The notes below the pieces were generated by a model. It searched no databases, was not told the DNA's origin, and saw only the letters and a list, made by a program, of their open reading frames with translations. DNA of 64,000 nucleotides, from assembly GCA_051294375.1 (NCBI GenBank), contig CM119267.1, forward strand, positions 11,667,553 to 11,731,552, read 5' to 3'. Each line of letters starts with the position of its first letter. Position 1 is the first letter of the stretch. Positions 28,761 through 40,600 of the stretch are shown piece by piece. The DNA is from Paraspadella gotoi (lineage: Eukaryota; Animalia; Chaetognatha). The translations under genes and the position numbers were made by a program.

Positions 28761-29052
28761 GAGGAAATAAAAAAAAAATCCCTAAAATTTTGTTTTCAAT
28801 CTGAAGTAAAACTTAATTAATTTAGAGATTAATACACATACTAATACATTCCGTCATTGCTTTGGCGCCGACAGCCGACATCGCCCAAGACGCCGACAAC
28901 GACGACAAGGACAACGACGTCGACGACAATGACATTAATTCTCGGAAGGACATCTCCTTGTCCCGATCGACTCATAAACGAAGGATGGATCGCAGGCGGA
29001 ATCCCAATTCTCCCTGGGATCATTTTTTCTGGCTCTCCGATTCTTTCATCTT

Positions 29053-29193
<141 letters not shown>

Positions 29194-29820
29194 CGCGTCC
29201 CTCTCCCACATTTTTTAATATAAATAGAATCTGCATACAAATGGGATTTTGTTAGGGAATTTAAACAGGCAGTGCAGAGAGAGGGGGTGGTTGACGGGGC
29301 TGCCGGAGGGTGCAAAGGAGCGAGAGAGAGACAGTGGACAAGAGCGATCGCCACTGAAGGGGAGAGAGAGAGAGAGAGAGAGAGATAGCAATCAGCTTGC
29401 ACAAGTATGCGAAAAAAAAGCGTCCGTAATAGCAAAGGCAAAGCTAGAGCTATAATTAGGACCGGGGTGGCTGCAATTAAGCTTGCGACAGAACGATTGT
29501 CATTACGATAGGGAGAGCGAAAAACGGCAGGAAACAACGAACGCTACGCTTTAGCTGAAGCGTCACCCGCTTTCCTGATTATTTCCTTTCAAAATGAGCA
29601 AATTGCCTTTTTTTTTTAATTACGATTCGTTCCGGTCTGAAAATTCGATCTTCGAAAAAGTGAAAAAAAAAATTAGAAAAAAAAATATTTAAGAATGGTG
29701 CGATGATGAAAATTCATTTGTCTTTTTTTTTTTTTAACGAGAATCATCAAAACTTTTTAAACGATATCGTAAAAAAAAATTCATTTTTAGCCCTGATCGA
29801 TTTTCCCCACCCCTGCCCAT

Positions 29821-30427
29821 TAAGGCGTAGTGAAAGTAACATACGAAAATTCTAAAAGTCAATTATGAACAACATACCATCAGTGAACATTAATTTGTAA
29901 AAAAAATTAATTTTATGTTTTTTAATTTTCGCAGTAGGCTTTATTTATATATAGTACTTATAAAATCAAAAAATTTCAAAATAGGCTTTTTTTAATTTTG
30001 ATTGCAGATTTGAATTCCTCGTCAAAAGTTGATAAAAGAAAATATAAATCAATTTAAAAAATTTGTTCATTAAGTGGGTTAAAAATTTAAAAAACTATAT
30101 TTAATATATAAAAAATTTATTTTCAGCTTAAAATATAGTTTTTTCTAATTTTTGACCCACTTAATGAAGGAATTTTTCAAAAAGAGTTATATTTCTTTTT
30201 ATCAACTTTTTATGACAAATCCAAATCTGCAAAAAAATCTGTAAAAAAACTGTTTTGAAATTTTGACATTTATTGGTTTAGTACTAGTATAAATATGGCC
30301 TACTGCGTAAATTGTAAAATTTATTATAAATTTTTTTATTACATAAATGTTCATTAGTATAATGTTATTCGTTCCTTACTTTTAGAATTTTAATTTAAGT
30401 TAAATTTAGGAATTTTACTACGCCTTA
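29821..30427. mobile_element. Foldback non-autonomous DNA transposon (MITE) with hAT-like termini
   Basis: It starts TAAGGCGTAGTGAAA and ends TTTTACTACGCCTTA, with imperfect inverted similarity along nearly the whole length. A perfect 8-bp TSD, CTGCCCAT, sits at 29813-29820 and 30428-30435. Confidence 0.9.
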
Positions 30428-31495
30428 CTGCCCATCGCCTTCGGGGTTTGATTTAAAATCATTTTATCATTTTCGGTAAAAAAATTTTTGGTTTTTATTC
30501 TTTCCTTTCACTTAACGTTTGTTCATTTGTTTATATTCATTCAATCACCTGTTGATTCTGAGGATGAGGGCGCCATCGTCGCTGTGCTCGAATGAAACCC
30601 GACGCGGGTTCGATGTATCTTCGAGATCGAATCAAAACTTCCTCTTCTCCCTCAAATTCCATATTTTCGTTGTTGTTGTTGCTTTTTTGTTGTTGTGAGT
30701 GTGTTGACGTTGATTGGAGACTTGGAGACTATGTTGACGCCAAATTAGTCACGGGTTGAGAAGAATATTATTGTTAAGTTTTTGTACTGGTAAATTGTTT
30801 GTCATTTTACTCTTGATTTTCAGTCAGGCGTGGAATTTTTTTAAAATTTTTTCTCCTCTAACTTTTCAATGAATGAGAAACACGTTGACGTTAGTTTTAG
30901 TTTAAAATAGCAATGTTTAAACAGTTGCAGTTTATTAATAAGCTTCGATATTACAGTTAATGGCAATTTATAAATGCAACTGAACGAAAAAAAACTAGAC
31001 ACGAAGCAGAAACAGATAATATCATCAAAAACTTATCAGTAAATTACATAAAAACTTATCTTATCATTTTGAGGTTAATACCTGAACGTGAGAATATTCC
31101 CAGTAAAATAATTCAAATGTAATGGTAATGTTGTGTTAATGTGCTAAAACAACAACTCAAACTATTTCTATTATAATTTCCTCGTCCTTTTTTCTCGAAA
31201 ATATCTCGCTAAACGAATAAAGTCACTATGATGTCATTATCACGGAGGAATTCGGAAGAAAAAGGAGAAGCAGAAGGAAAGGAAGGAAGTTGAATTGAGG
31301 CAAAATAGGATAAGTAATTTAGGAGGGAGAAACTTTAATCCTCACGATCGGGTGATTTTTTAAAAAGAAAACCTGGAAGGCAAAATGTTTCGCGATAAAA
31401 AATGGGGAAAAAAGGGGAGAAAAAACCCAACACGGACCCAAAAAAATGAAGCTCCATTCTCTCTCTCTCTCTCTCTCTCTCTCCATCTCTCTCTC

Positions 31496-31532
<37 letters not shown>

Positions 31533-31587
31533 CTCCTCGTCTTCTCTCGTCTCTCTCTCGTCTTTCAATTTTGAATCTTTCTTTTTT

Positions 31588-32623
31588 TCAAGGTGACGTT
31601 GGCTTGAAGGTGGCTGAGGCTTTGCTAAGTCCTTCTTTGCACTTGGATAGAAAAGTTTCCAAATTTATTCTCTGTTCCTCTTCCTCTTTCCCCTCCCTAT
31701 GGGCCACACCGCGAGCGTCCTCCTCGGGGGATGGTGGACTCACGAAATCCCGGATTCCTGAAAAGAAAAGAAAAAAAGGGAAAAAAATTTTTTTTTTTAA
31801 AAATCCTTTCAAAAATTCATATTTGAAAACGAAAAAGAATTTATTTCCGTTTTTTACTCTTGGGGTTTTGCTACTTTTTCTCTCCATAACATAATTGAAT
31901 AGTTAACAAGACGCTCAATCTTTTGTTTTGTTTAAACGGTTTAAAAATCTGTCATTTTAAAATGTCAGCGAACAACTTCCCTCTTTTTCGATCCTAAGAC
32001 CTTACCTAGCGTTTCCAAAGCGTCGTTGTACTGCGTCAACGTGATGTAGCCTCTGCCCGTCGGATCCAGCATCCCGAAAATCGACGTCATGTTGGAGGGA
32101 TTGAAGAGGGCGGGGTAGGAGTCGTTCAGATGAGCCGTTTTCGCCGCCTGGAAATGAACAAGTTCATCCAATCGATATTAATTTATTTGCAACCTTATTA
32201 AATTATGAAAATATTATTAGCTTAATTAGATGAATATTTAAATTATTTTGAGTTTTTTGTTTTGATGCTTTTGAGTATTTATGCAATTTTTATGAATTTA
32301 TTTTAATTCTACACATTTTTTTTTATTTTCATAATTTTTTGAAATTAATTTTTTTTTGAAGATGTTAATGATGGATGACTATCGATCAGAGAAGATTTTT
32401 TCCATAGCATATGTAAACAAAAATGGACGAATCGATGTTGCGACCCTAAGAGTGGCTCCAGTCTCACCTGGAGATTCTCAAGGACGTCCACAAGAAACTC
32501 CTTGGGCTTCTCCGGTCGGCTGAAGATCAACATGCTCGTCAGATTGTCGAAGAGTTCGAGGATGCGGTGTTCGTCGAGGTAGAGCTGCGCCTCTTGTTGT
32601 CGAGGACTCGGATCTGAGCTCAT
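31588..32623 (-). CDS. EFCAB10: EF-hand calcium-binding domain protein 10 (N-terminal RIIa/Dpy-30-like docking domain plus EF-hand)
   Basis: Exons 32623-32468, 32147-32006 and 31757-31588 are all GT-AG and in phase. AQLYLDEHRILELFDNLTSMLIFSRPEKPKEFL and SNMTSIFGMLDPTGRGYITLTQYNDALETLG match recalled EFCAB10 motifs. Confidence 0.9.
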
Positions 32624-32936
32624 GTTTGACGCGGGGGGGGGGGAGAGTGAGGCCGAATGCGGTCGTGGTTTTCTTTTCGGTTCAATTTTTGTTGATTATT
32701 TATTTTTTTTTTGCTAATAAACTCGTTATGTTTATTTTAAAAAAATATATTTCTTTAAAATTCTTTTGGTGGCACGCAATTTTTAAAAAATTTTCAATTC
32801 TACAAATATGAAGATTTTAAACATATATGAAACTGTTACATCCAATATTTTTTAAATCAATATTAATTCCGTTTAAAACGAAACCTTTGCGAACGTAAAC
32901 TCGGTCGGAAACGAACGTCCAATCATCGTCGACTTG

Positions 32937-32950
32937 GTTGTCATGGAAAC
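32937..32950. promoter_or_regulatory. RFX X-box about 315 bp upstream of the EFCAB10 ATG
   Basis: GTTGTCATGGAAAC is a near-canonical 14-bp X-box in a promoter-proximal position. Confidence 0.65.
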
Positions 32951-33764
32951 GATAATACGTGGAAACATGCGATCGTATTGGCAGGCGATGGAGTGACGAG
33001 GAAAAATGAAAGTAACGTGGGACGGATAGAGTCGAAACATAGGAAATCTACGGAATGTTAAAAAGTATTCTACATGTATAAATAAAGCTGGTGGTGTTTC
33101 ATGATAGAATGAAAAATTCATCCCTTAAAGAAAATTACGACAATGATAACGTTATACTTATGGTTTTCTCGAGTTTTGACGAAACGGCCATTTCTGCCGC
33201 ATGAAAAAGATATTCGTCGTCGTTATTGTCGGGTCCTGATGTAGTGATTCGGAATTCTGCATAACCGGCCTTTGTTTCTTCTCTGTTTATAAAATAAAAA
33301 AGTTTGTTAGATTTCTTACTAAATGTTCTGATTTAAATTTGAGTTATTTGACTAAAAAGGGACGTAACGTAAATCTGAAACCTCTCTGTCTCCAACCTTC
33401 GCCAGCCTCTCTCCATTTGAGATAAAAACGTTAGCAAACCGCATTATCAGATTATTATAGTTTTATATCAGGTCGATATAGGAAAACCTTGTCTCCCTTC
33501 CACTTGCTCCAGGGAAATCTATTCCATCGAGGTCGTCATCATCCAACTCTCGCCCAAAACTACCTCGGTAGATGGCGTTAGAATCTCGTTCAGTCGCCAA
33601 AGTATCGCGAACGAGAAACGAAACGACCCGAGTGACTCTTGACGTTACTACGTCGTGGCTTCGTCGTCGTCGTCGACGTTATATCGTTTTCCCCTTTTGA
33701 CGTAACGAGACCGAAGAGAGATTTGCCTGAACAATTTAATTGTTACACTATGGTTGGGGCATCT

Positions 33765-33971
33765 CACTGTTGGTTTTGGGGGCTTCCGACCCTCAGTGAC
33801 GCCTCCAGTCTCTGGCGCGGATACCCTAGGACGGTCTCGCTTTGCAAACGCAGAGGAAAGTCGTTAGGACTGTGAATGGAACACACCGCCTGGGATGGTG
33901 TGATCCCCTTTTAGGCAACGGGATTGGCTGAATGATGATGGACGTGAGGCGGTGTGAATATACCGCCACAA
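33765..33971. repeat. ~200-nt structured dispersed repeat, copy 1
   Basis: Colinear with 58920-59114, with an identical 3' block GTGAGGCGGTGTGAATATACCGCCACAA. Confidence 0.85.
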
Positions 33972-36900
33972 CACCATTCTTTTTGGAGACGAATGTATAA
34001 TGTATGTATATTGTATAACGTATGTATAATGTATAACGTATGCATATATTCTTTTTAGTAGGCATACCACTTTATTCAAACTTTCCCCTTCTTTTTCGAC
34101 ACTTCTCTTATTTATCTCTCCATCCATCCTCATTCGTCAGCCTTTTCTCGCCCGTCAACCCTCTTTCCTTCTCTTTCCATCCAAACTCTATTCCTCTTTT
34201 CTTTTCCTCCTTTCCTCCATCATCCGAGTTCCGGTCGTCCCCATCGAACTTCTGGTTATGACAACTACCGCCGCCTTTTATGGTTGTCGGTCCGATGGAA
34301 GGAGCAAAGGTCGTCGCGGCCCCGAGGTGACTTTTCGCCGCCTCCGAGATGGCGCTTTGCGACCAGAAATGGCCTCACGAGTTACTTACCTTACATTTTA
34401 TTAATGTCTTTTTTTTTATATTTTGAATGGCAAATAAGGACTTTTAAAAGAGGAATCCATATGTGTAACTTAAAAGAAAATCGGTTTAGTCATTCCAGAG
34501 CTACAGCACCTTAAAACCACAACGAAACGAAAGGATTATAATGTCTAATACAAGAGGTTAAAAATACTTTAATTTTCTTCTGCTCTCACATTCTGTTTGA
34601 GTGCTTAGTAGTTGACTAGTTGTAACTGAGTAGTTGTAATGAATAGCCATGGATTAATCAAATTTATACCAATAGTTCCTTTTTCCTTTTTCCTTTTTCC
34701 ATGAATATTATTCACTTATAATATGTTTCTTTTTAAAGGAATCTAACTTGATTTATTTTCGTAATGTTTTTGGGTGTCCTCTTTTTTTTTGCACAGGACT
34801 GTAATATAAGAATTCAATTCTATCAAAATGGCGACCACCCTTTTCCCAATATTTCTCGTCACACTTAATAATTATATTCGTACATCTCGACCCTTGAGTA
34901 ATAATGAAATATATAAATATACAAATATAAAAGCTATACAGAGTCGAAAGTCACCTTGTTTGGGAGGTTTAAGAATTTTCTAATAAATCATACTCGCTAA
35001 AAAGATTATATAGAGAGGTCTAGCTCTAATGGGAATAATTTCAAGGACTTACAGCACAAAAACGGTTTACGATAGAAGGAAAAAAAGGACTATATTCAGA
35101 AACTAGGCTTATTTTTCTTTTGATCCAAGTAAAAAATGTCTGAAAAATCCAACCGCAAACCCCTGTAACCGATGTTTTTTGCATAACATGTCAATTTTTT
35201 TCCTTTTCAAAATTTTGAGAAATATTTGGCGAAAATTAATGTTTTTCTGTATGCAATTCTTCTGATTAATGAAAATGTAGGATAGTGAGGCAGGATGTTC
35301 CACGCATCCCTTCCAGAACTGTCGACTTTCTGACAGCAACCATAGTGACAGAATGACAGCATTCCCAATGGGCGCGGTCCGAAAGGAATATGTTATTACA
35401 ATTTTTTACAAGAGTTTCAATTTTCAGACAATTTTTAATTTTTTTACTGGTCCAAACGATTTTTTCAATTCAGTCCCATTAGAGCTGGACCTCCCTGTAC
35501 TCATAAAAATTTTTTTTTAAAAATCACTCTGTGTTCGCGGTTTCGCTCTCTTTCCGTCGGCGAAATCGAAATATACGAGGTTTTCGGCCGAATTTAATAA
35601 ATATTAAAGTCGTAGTTGAAATTCTTTCCCAACCTCAGTCTTTTATCGAAATCCGAGATCGGGTGTGAAACTGAAAGAAAAATGGGGTGAGTGTTGAGAG
35701 GTAAGGGCGAAGAGAAAGTGGTTTGGGGGAGGGCTGGGGGAAGGAGTAGGGTCACACTTTGTACCTTAGTGATAAAGATTGAAAAATATGGTAAAGCCCA
35801 ACGGAGGTGGGAGGTGGGAGGTGGAAGGTGGACGGGAAAGAGGAAGCGAAACCCGTCCTGAGTTTCGCCGAGCACCGATTTTCAAGGATAGGCGTCGAGA
35901 AAAATCGGTTTAGACTTGCAGTCAGGTGGATTGTTCCCACAGCTGCATGGTTCTTGCATTATATTTTGCGATCAATCCTTATCTTGACTCTAGTCCTTTT
36001 CTTGACTATACAAGAGAACGAAAACATTTTTAAGAACTACCGAGGCATAGCGCCGTTATTTTCTACCATTATTTTTATTTTTTTATCGACTATTGTAATT
36101 TAACGCGGCGTGTTTTACTGCACATTTATGTTTTGTTATCGAAGATTTTAATGGCAGTTTTTTTTTTTCAAGGAGACTTGGTATCAGCGACCGACCAACG
36201 TTATAAAAATGGAGTTGATGGCCTTTTCTTTTATGTGAATAGAGTTATGGGGAAGAAGGAAAAAAATCACGATCTCTCTCTCTCTCNNNNNNNNNNTCTC
36301 TCTCTCTCTCGTCTTTAAATATTGCAGTAAATTTCATGAGATGATCTGAATTTTTCAAAGCTCGAAACAAAACTAAGGGGGATAAAAAATGCGGAAACCA
36401 AAATAAACGGAGTTTCTTCTCTCAACGAAGAAAATTCGCAGTGAAATTTATGGTTCGTATGATTTTTGTGATGTTCGCTCGGATGAAGAAAAGGAGGTAC
36501 GGGGAGAGAGATGAGAGACGATGAGAGAGAGAAGAGAAGAGAGAGATGCGGGAGTTATCTGGACGAGAGAGACGAAGAGAGAGAGCGAGAGAGAGATAGA
36601 GGAGACTGAGACTCGTTAATTCTCTTACTTCCCCCTGCCTCACACGTATCGTAACTCTCTCTCTCTTTCTATCTGCAAGGAAAGTAAAGCGACGGACGTA
36701 AAGGCGAAAAAAAATGGCGCCGAAAGTCGCGACCTCGAAGGCCGATGGAACTTAAAAATGAGGGCGGGGGCCACGACGGCCGCAAAAGGGGGGGGAGGCG
36801 ACAAAAGGTGGTGTTGTTGGGTGGTGAAGGAGATGAGAAGGTGGACGGCGGGCTTGAAAGGTGAAAGGGGGAGGGAGGGAGGGAGTGGCGGACGAAGAGA

Positions 36901-37609
36901 AGTAGACGAAGTCGATCCTCGCCTCCAAAGGAAATAAAAGCGACGGGGGAGAAAGAAAATGGCGGAAACTATGACGACTCCGCTGGCGGCTGCGGCAGCA
37001 GCTACGGCGTGCGGCGGCGCAGGCCAAAGTCGTCAACGACGGGGGACCCTGGGGTTTTTGCTTTCGAACCGGTTCCTGCCTCGCGGGCGAAACGGAAAAA
37101 CAACCAAAACAACAACAACCAAAAAAAAAAAAAAAGTAAAGCAAAACAAAATGGCGACGAAAAAATCGAGCGATAAAAACTCGGGCCGGTGATTCTTAGC
37201 GCGGGAAGAGAAGATTGGATCAGCGGAAGAGAGAATGAGAGAAAAAAAAGATTCTGGCCGAGGAGGAAATGGGTAAAAAAAGCGAGAGATTGGGTTTGGC
37301 TATGGGTTGGCTTCTGGGTTTGGGTTTGGGTTGGTTGGGAAAAGTTAGTCAGAGACTCCTGTTTTATTAATTTAATAATTATTAATTTGCAGTGTCCGCG
37401 ATTGATCCTTATTGTTGTAAAAAAAAATTTTATTAATTTTTTAAACCTAAAATCTAGCTAATGATTAGTAAACAACAACAATTACCGTAGTTAACATCGT
37501 CACAATTAACTTGTAATCGTCCGGAAATCTTACTCCATCAGCAACAACAGCTTCTCGCCAAACAAAAAAAAAGAAAAGAAACAAATAAAAGAAAAGAAAA
37601 AGGAACAGT

Positions 37610-40600
37610 TGTGACGAACATTCTAGAACACGCAACCTCGTCAAACCACTTGACCTTAACCAACTACCCTCGGCTCATTTCCCCCAACTTATTTATGGTC
37701 AAAAAACGGTTGACCTTTATGGTCAAACGTTTGACCTTTGTAAATACCATTGTAATAGACTTAGCATCTTCTGAGCATTTGATGTTATTGTTTATAACGT
37801 TGTTGAAAGAATAAATCATTTCTTACTCTGAAACTTGGTTTTGCGTCACACGTGGTGAGCCCGACGTGAAAAAATATAAAAAAGAAACAAACGAAACAAA
37901 AAACAAAACAAAAACAAAAAGGAAAACTACTTCTCAACAAATCGAAAACAAACTCCGCGCGATTGTCGCCGAAACCAAATTTTTAATTCAAACGCATTTT
38001 TTTTAAATTAATTTTTAAATTTAAAAAATTCTTTGTTTTGCCAATACTTTTTTTTTTTTTTTCTCTTCATATTCTCTTCTCGATCGAATCGTTTTTTTTT
38101 TTGCCAATACAACTCTTCAAAAACGAATTATTTTTTAAATTCAATCATTTTACTAGCGATCATTACCCCTCTTTTTTCAAGGCAAAATTATTTTTTTTTC
38201 AAAGTGAATAATTTTTTTCTTCTCTAAATGCCCCGTTGTCATCACCCCAAAAGTTCACACGCCCTCCAACGCGCCCCGCCGACCGAAGAAAAACGACGAT
38301 GCCGGGTGGAACCACGCGCAACGCCCCCTAATCCGACAGCGCCGGGGCCGCGACGACTGGCATTCCACGACGCCGCCGCCTACATCCCCGCGACGCCCCT
38401 CTACGAAATGCAAATCCGAAAAACTGTTTCAAATGGTATTCGACATCAAATACCAACTCGCCGCGGTCACGGAAAGGACGAATCTCCCTAGCGGACGCAA
38501 GTACGCGCTTCAACGGGAGTTGCCGCCCTTCAGTTGGAGGACGGCGCCACGACCGCCGCCCCTGTGGGCACCCTCAACCTCAAGCCGTCAGCTAGCGCGA
38601 CATTAGACGACGAAACCCAAAGCTGACGACTTTGACCCCGACCACATCGAGGAATGGCTTAGACCACACCGCCGTGGAATTCGGCGCACTGGCGTCACAA
38701 TGAGCCGGCGGAAAAGAAGCGCAGATCCTCAGCGCCATTCCATCTCCGTCATCGGCTAATTCCCACACGGTCCTTCGCAATCGACGAAAGGTGCCCCGAC
38801 GCTACAAAGAATCTCGTTTCTCACCTGCAGAAGATCTATGGTGAAAGATGCCAACAGGCGCGCCGCAAAGGCGTTGAAGATGAACGTCGCTGAGCGGCGT
38901 CACTACATCTCAACACCTCTCTCGCGCCTCTGACGCCCGTCCTGGAAGGCCTCAACCAATCGACAAACGTCAAGGCCGCCATCTTGGACGCCGCCCTCCT
39001 CAAGCGTCAGAGAGGCACGTAGGGATGGTATATGCACGATCCGTCAGGAAAGGACAAAAAAGCCCGCCGACATGCCAAAGGATGCAGACGAGTTTCTTTC
39101 TCCTTCTGGAACAACTCCGCAGCTCAGACCCGCAACTCATCCTCGGTGAAATCGCCGTCACCTCCATTGAGACTACAGTGGATCGAGCCACTGAGCTTCA
39201 GACCGAATCGACAAGCGACGACGACAATGCCCCCATATCTACGCGAACGCGGTACGACGACCGCGCCGCGCTCACACAGCGGCCCCTGGCAGCTGCGCCC
39301 ATCACAAAGCGCCCAAACGCAGCAAGCGGCAACACAGCAAACAAACGGCGGCCCAATTTTGACACCCCGCTCCAGCCACATCGCGAAACCGCCCATGGCG
39401 AAGCCACAGTTGCTTCTACATTATAATTTTGGCACCACAGCATTCAAGTGCCATGGGAAAGCGAACCCGCGACGGCCGCCCATGCCCAATGGCCGCCGTC
39501 AAACGCCAACGCAGGCGGCCGCCTGTCGCACCGCGTCGCCGGCCGTAAACGACTCGAAGCTCTTCTTAGTGCGCGACCCAGACGCCGGCCTGGAAGTGGC
39601 TCGTCGATGGCGGGGGCTCCGAGCAACGCTCATCCCCCCGCCTCCACCGCCTGATCGCGCCCGCCAAACGCAGACCCCGCCGCCGTCAAAGCGGCGCTCG
39701 CTGCTGCCGAACAGCCCCCCACTCCGCGCCGCCAACGACACGCCCATCGAAATCTTTCGGCATCCGAGAGATGGGCGATTCGACTTGGGGAAAACAGCGT
39801 TTTTCCCCGACTCTATCATCGCCGATGTTGCCATAACGCCCATTCTCGTGCTGACTTTTTGATGGAGCACCATCTCGGTGCGACATCAAACGCCGTATCC
39901 TCGTGATCTCGACGACTACATGGTCACTCTGCCATGCTCACGACGCCGCCGGCCACCGCGGCGCACGGCCACGCGTCCTGCACGTGCCGCGATGCCCCTA
40001 CTCCTCACTTCTTGATGGCGACCAGAACTCACCCAAAACTCGTTTCAAACTCCGCAACTCACCAAGAAGCATGGTGTCGAGCATTTCATATTCCGACGAA
40101 AAGGTTCCGCCCGTTTTCGCCCCGCTCCCGCCGCCTGCCCCAGATCAGCTCGTCCGCCGCCAAGGCCCGAGGTTCGAGAAGAATGTGGACTCGGCATTAT
40201 CCGACGTTCTACATCCGCTTGGGCATCGCCGCTACACGTCACCCGGGAAACCCGATGGCTCTCTCCGTCTTTGGCGATATCCCGACGCCTCAAACGGCGT
40301 CACCCGTCGACGATCGCTCCCCGATCCGCGCCACCTCATGGCTTCAAAACGGCCGACGTCGCCGGGAAGACGGTTCTCTGAAAGATTGACCTCTGCAAGG
40401 ATAATCATCAGATCCCAGTCGCGAAAGAAGATCGTCACAAAACGGCGATCATCCACGCCCGTTCGCCTCTACATTTCTCTTCATCGCCGTTTGGGTTGAA
40501 AAACGCCGGTCAGGATTTCAACGATGATGGAATCAAGTCCTGAGCGGCATCCCCATGTCTTTCGTCTACTGGATACCTCTTGTGGCATCCCACTCACACG

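Noticed and set aside
30558-30615. Possible hammerhead ribozyme (CTGAGGA...GAAA)
   Set aside because: The stem II closing pair and the stem I register do not fit the hammerhead core.
33797-33895. HDV-like ribozyme, 5S-derived SINE or RNase P CR-I (GAGGAAAGTC) readings of the structured repeat
   Set aside because: There is no P1 partner and the L3 is non-canonical for HDV. The 5S-like CCGCCTGGGA and the CR-I-like match are not retained in copy 2.
34384-34392. ACTTACCT matching the U1 snRNA 5' end
   Set aside because: The downstream sequence is AT-rich and lacks U1 stems and an Sm site.
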